Below, piece after piece: positions 59,562 through 64,000 of a stretch of 64,000 nt of DNA. Each line of letters starts with the position of its first letter. The stretch's first letter is position 1. The translations under genes and the position numbers were made by a program. This stretch comes from the human T2T-CHM13v2.0 reference genome, Homo sapiens. A model generated the notes under the pieces. It was not told the DNA's origin and searched no databases. It saw only the letters and a program-made list of their open reading frames with translations. The stretch lies in NCBI RefSeq assembly GCF_009914755.1, contig NC_060932.1; one strand, 5' to 3'.

Positions 59562-62500
59562 TAAAACTGACCACATAATTGGAAGTAAAACATTCCTCAA
59601 CAAATGCAAAAGGATGGAAATCATAACAAACAGTCTCTCAGACAATAGTGCAATCAAATCAGAACTCAGAATTAAGAAACTCACTCAAAACCACACAACT
59701 ACATGGAAACTGAACAGCCTGCTCCTGAATGACTACTGGGTAAATGACAAAATGAAGGCAGAAATAAAGATGTTCTTTGAAACCAATGAGAACAAAGACA
59801 CAACATACCAGAATCTCTGGGACACATTTAAAGCAGTGTGTAGAGGGAAATTTATAGCACTAAATGTCCACAAGAGGAAGCAGGAGAGATCTAAAATTGT
59901 CACCCTAACATCAAAATTAAAAGAACTAGAGAAGCAAGAGTAAACAAATCCAAAGGCTAGCAGTAGGCAAGAAATAACTAAGATCAGAGCAGAACTGAAG
60001 GAGATAGAGACACAAAAATCCATTCAAAAAATCAGTGAATCCAGGAGCTGGTTTTTTGAAAAGATCAACAAAATAGACCACTAGCCAGACTAATAAAGAA
60101 GAAGAGAGAAGAATCAAATAGATGCAATAAAAGGTGATAAAAGGGATATCACCATCAATCCCACAGAAATAGAAACTACCACCACAGAATACTATAAACA
60201 CCTCTATGCAAATGAACTAGAAAATCTAGAAGAAATGAACAAATTCCTGGACACATACACCCTTCCAAGACTAAATAAGGAAGAAGTCCAATACCTGAAT
60301 AGACCAATAACAAGTTCTGAAATTGAGGCAGCAATTAATAGCCTACCCATAAAAGAAAAAAGTCCAGGACCAGATGGATTCACAGCCGAATTCTACCAGA
60401 GGTACAAAGAGGAGCTGGTACCATTCCTTCTGAAACTATTCCAATCAATAGAAAAAGAGGAAATACTCCCTAACTCATTATATGAGGCCAGCATCATCCT
60501 GATACCAAAACCTGGCAGAGACAACAGAAAAAAATAAATTTCCGGCCAATATCCCTGATGAACATCCATGCAAAAATCCTCAGTAAAATACCAGCAAACT
60601 GAATCCAGCAGCACATGAAAAACTTATCCACCATGATCAAGTTGGCTTCATTGCTGGGATGCAAGGCTGGTTCAACATATGCAAATCAATAAATGTAATC
60701 CATCACACTAAACAGAACCAATGACAAAAACCACATGATTATCTCAATAGATACAGAAAAGGCCTTCAACAAAATACAACAGCCCTTCATGCTAAAAAAC
60801 TCTCAATAAACCTGGCATTGATGGAACCTATCTCAAAATAATAAGACCTATTTATGACAAACCCACAGCCAATATCATACTGAATGGGCAAAAACTGGAA
60901 GCATTCCCTTTGAAAACTGGCACAAGACAAGGATGCCCTCTCTCACCATTCCTAAACAACATAGTGTTGGAAATTCTGGCCAGGGCAATCAGGCAAGAGA
61001 AAGAAAGAAAGTGTATTCAAGTAGGAAAAGAGGAAGTAAAATTGTCCCTGTTTGTAGAAGACATGATTGGATATTTAAAAAACCCCATTGTCTCAGCCCA
61101 AAATCTCCTTAAGCTGATAAGCAACTTCAGCAAAGTCTCAGGATACAAAATAAATGTGCAAAAATCACAAGCATTCCTATACACCAGTAACAGACAAACA
61201 GAGAGCCAAATCATGAGTGAACTCCCATTCACAATTGTTACAAAGAGGATAAGATACCTAGGAATCCAACTTACAAGGGATGTGAAGGGATAGAACTACA
61301 AACCACTTCTCAAGGAAATAAGAGAGGACACAAACAAATGTAGAAACATTCATGCTCATACATAGGAAGAATCAATATCATCAAAATGGCCACACTGCCC
61401 AAAGTAATTAATAGATTCAATGCTGTCCCCATCATGCTACCATTGACTTTCTTCATAGAATTGGAAAAAAACTACTTTACATTTTACGTGGAACCAAAAA
61501 GGAGCCTGCATAGCCAAGACAATCCTAAGCAAAAAGAACAAAGCTGGAGGCATCATGCTACTTGACTTCAAACTATACTACAAGGCTACAGTAACCAAAA
61601 CAGCATGGTATGGGTACCAAAATAGATAGACCAACGAAACAGAACAAAGGCCTCAGAAATAATGCCACACATATACAACCATCTGATCTTTGACAAACCT
61701 GACAAAAAAAGCAATGCGGGAAAGGATTCCCTATTTAATAAATGGTATTGGGAAAACTGGCCAGCCATAAGCAGGAAGCTGAAACTGGATCCCTTTCTTA
61801 TACATTATACAAAAATTAACTCACAGTGGATTAAAGACTTTAACATAAGACCTAAAACCATAAAAACCCTAGAAGAAAACCTAGGCAATACCATTCAGGA
61901 CATAGGCATGGGCAAAGACTTCATGACTAAAACACCAAAAGCAATGGCAACAAAAGTCAAACTTGACAAATGGGATGTGATTAAACTAAAGAGCTTCTGC
62001 AGAGCAAAAGAAACTATCATCAGAGTGAACAGGCAACCTACAGAATGGGAGAAAATTTTTGCAATCTATCCCACTGACAAAGGGATCACATCCAGAATCT
62101 ATGAAGAACTTAAACAGATTAACAAGAAAAAAACAATCCTATCAAAAAGTGGGCAAAGGATATGAACAGACATTTCTCAAAAGAAGACATTTATGCAGCC
62201 AACAGACATATTAGAAAAAGTTCGTCGTCACTGGTCATTAGAGAAATGCAAATCAAACCCAGAATGAGATACAATCTCATGCCAGTTAGAATGGCGATCA
62301 TTAAAAAGTCAGGAAACAACAGATGCTGGAGAAGATGTGGAGAAATAGGAACACTTTTACACTGTTGGTGGGAGTGTAAATTAGTTCAACCATTGTGGAA
62401 GACAGTGTGGTGATTCCTCAAGGATCTAGAACCAGAAATACCACTTGACCCAGCAATCTCATTACTGGGTATATACCCAAAGGATTATAAATCATTCTAC

Positions 62501-62977
62501 TATAAAGACACATGTGCACGTATGTTTATTGCGGCACTATTCACAATAGCAAAGACTTGGAACCAACCCAAATGCCCATCAATGATAGACTGGATAAAGT
62601 AAATGTGGCACATAAACACCATGGACTGCTATGCAGCCATAAAAAAAGATGAGTTCATGTCCTTTGCAGGGACATGGATGATGCTGGAAACCATCATTCT
62701 CAGCAAACTAATGCAAGAACAGAAAACCAAACACAGCATGTTCTCACTCATAAGTGGGAGTTGAACAATGAGAACATATGGACACAGGGAGGGAAACAGC
62801 ACACATGGGGGACCTATCAGGGAATGGGGGGCTAGGGGAGGGATAGCTTTAGGAGAAATACCTAATGTAGATGATGGGTTGATGGGTACAGCCAACCACC
62901 ATGGCACATGTATACCTAGGTAACAAACCTGCACATTCTGCACATGTACCCCAGAACTTCAATAATAATAATAAAAA
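59562..62977 (+). mobile_element. 5'-truncated L1PA7-like element (~3.4 kb of ORF2 plus 3'UTR), disrupted
   Basis: ORF2 pieces [32 protein letters not shown] (RT FADD decayed), [19 protein letters not shown]; AAT-patterned tail. Confidence 0.95.
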
Positions 62978-64000
62978 GTAAAATTAAATTTTATTTTTCA
63001 TTATTATTTTTGTTTAAATTTTAGACATTTAAATCTTAAAAAATGTTTTATATCTTGTGGGGAAGGTTTTGGAAAGACTCCACTTAGTGCTAATAAAAAT
63101 GTAAAGTCACCTACCAAGGAAGATAAAAGATGAAGATCAATTCTTATTTAAAATGTTTTTTAAAAGCCTTCATTAGTAATTTTCCTGCTTCAAACTTTTT
63201 CTTTACTCTTTAATTTTAATTTGGTTTTTAATGTGTTGAATATTGAAAACTTTGAAAGGATTTAAGCTAATGCAGTTATTGTTTATTATTGGCTATCTAA
63301 AGAAATAGTATGGTTTTTGTCACTTATCTGAGTGTGTCCAGTAATCTATTTTCAGCAGACTGAGTTTTGTAGGGGTGGTCTTTGCACGAGAAATTTTCAA
63401 GTATTTAACCAGTTTAAGTTGTTGCTGATAAAGATATTTTAATTGTTTATGTTGTATTCAATCAGAGAAAGGAGGCCTCGCCACTTGAATTTAACTTACA
63501 GTACCACCCTTGAACCTTTCTATTTCCATATCCCAGAAAGGTCAGTGGTTTCCTCCGGGGAGGAGGTCAAGATGCTATGCCTTCACCTTCATGGTGCCTC
63601 TGGGAAGAGCTGCCCGCTCTCAGCGAGTTCCACAGTACATGTGAGAAAAAGGACTAACATGGCCATTAAACTTTAGTTTATCTTCTAATTACCTTTCCTT
63701 TAGCATGTGTGTATTAAAATTATCATGACTTCTTTAACATTTTAGTGTAGAGACTTTATCTTATTTGATTAATATTTCTTATCAACATTGTTGGTGCATA
63801 AGGCTAATTTAGTAGTATTTAAATACATTTTTAAATTAATAAGCTATATTTCCTAGGCCATTTATCTCAACCTTTACTACGACATTATTTGGTCTAATGA
63901 AATAGTTATATCATTTGAGTGTACCACCTAACTGTTCTGTGACTCAGCTTTACATTTGCAATGATAGTCAGTCACAGGCCAGCCCCAAAGCCTGAAGAAG

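Noticed and set aside
59542-62413. Intact reverse transcriptase gene
   Set aside because: 5'-truncated L1 ORF2 split by stops and frameshifts; catalytic FADD reads FVED.
59555-62985. TSD gtaaaa around the L1PA7
   Set aside because: Too short, A-rich and overlapping L1's own sequence to be called.

Overview
AT-rich, CpG-poor primate (human-like) genomic DNA, either intergenic or deep intronic. I recognise no protein-coding exon, RNA gene, CRISPR array or prokaryotic system. The listed ORFs are short chance ORFs or decayed pieces of L1 ORF1/ORF2, Alu, mariner transposase, ERVL integrase or LTR12. The window is a layered transposon fossil record: 7 Alus, several L1s (L1PA3 to L1ME), a near full-length Hsmar2, Tigger2/Tigger3a/MER63/MADE2 DNA transposons, MaLR LTRs, a MER11A (HML-8) solo LTR and an LTR12 (ERV9) solo LTR. 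Points worth a second look: three independent 5'-inverted (twin-primed) L1 insertions, one only about 160 bp; a multi-level nested insertion stack at 35.9-39.3 kb; two LTR-like inserts I cannot assign to a family; an LTR12 promoter with its core motifs present; and a few motif-rich unique islands that may be enhancers or non-coding exons. I cannot support a previously undescribed biological system here. Subfamily names come from recalled consensus sequences and need RepeatMasker/Dfam confirmation; boundaries of old repeats are approximate.
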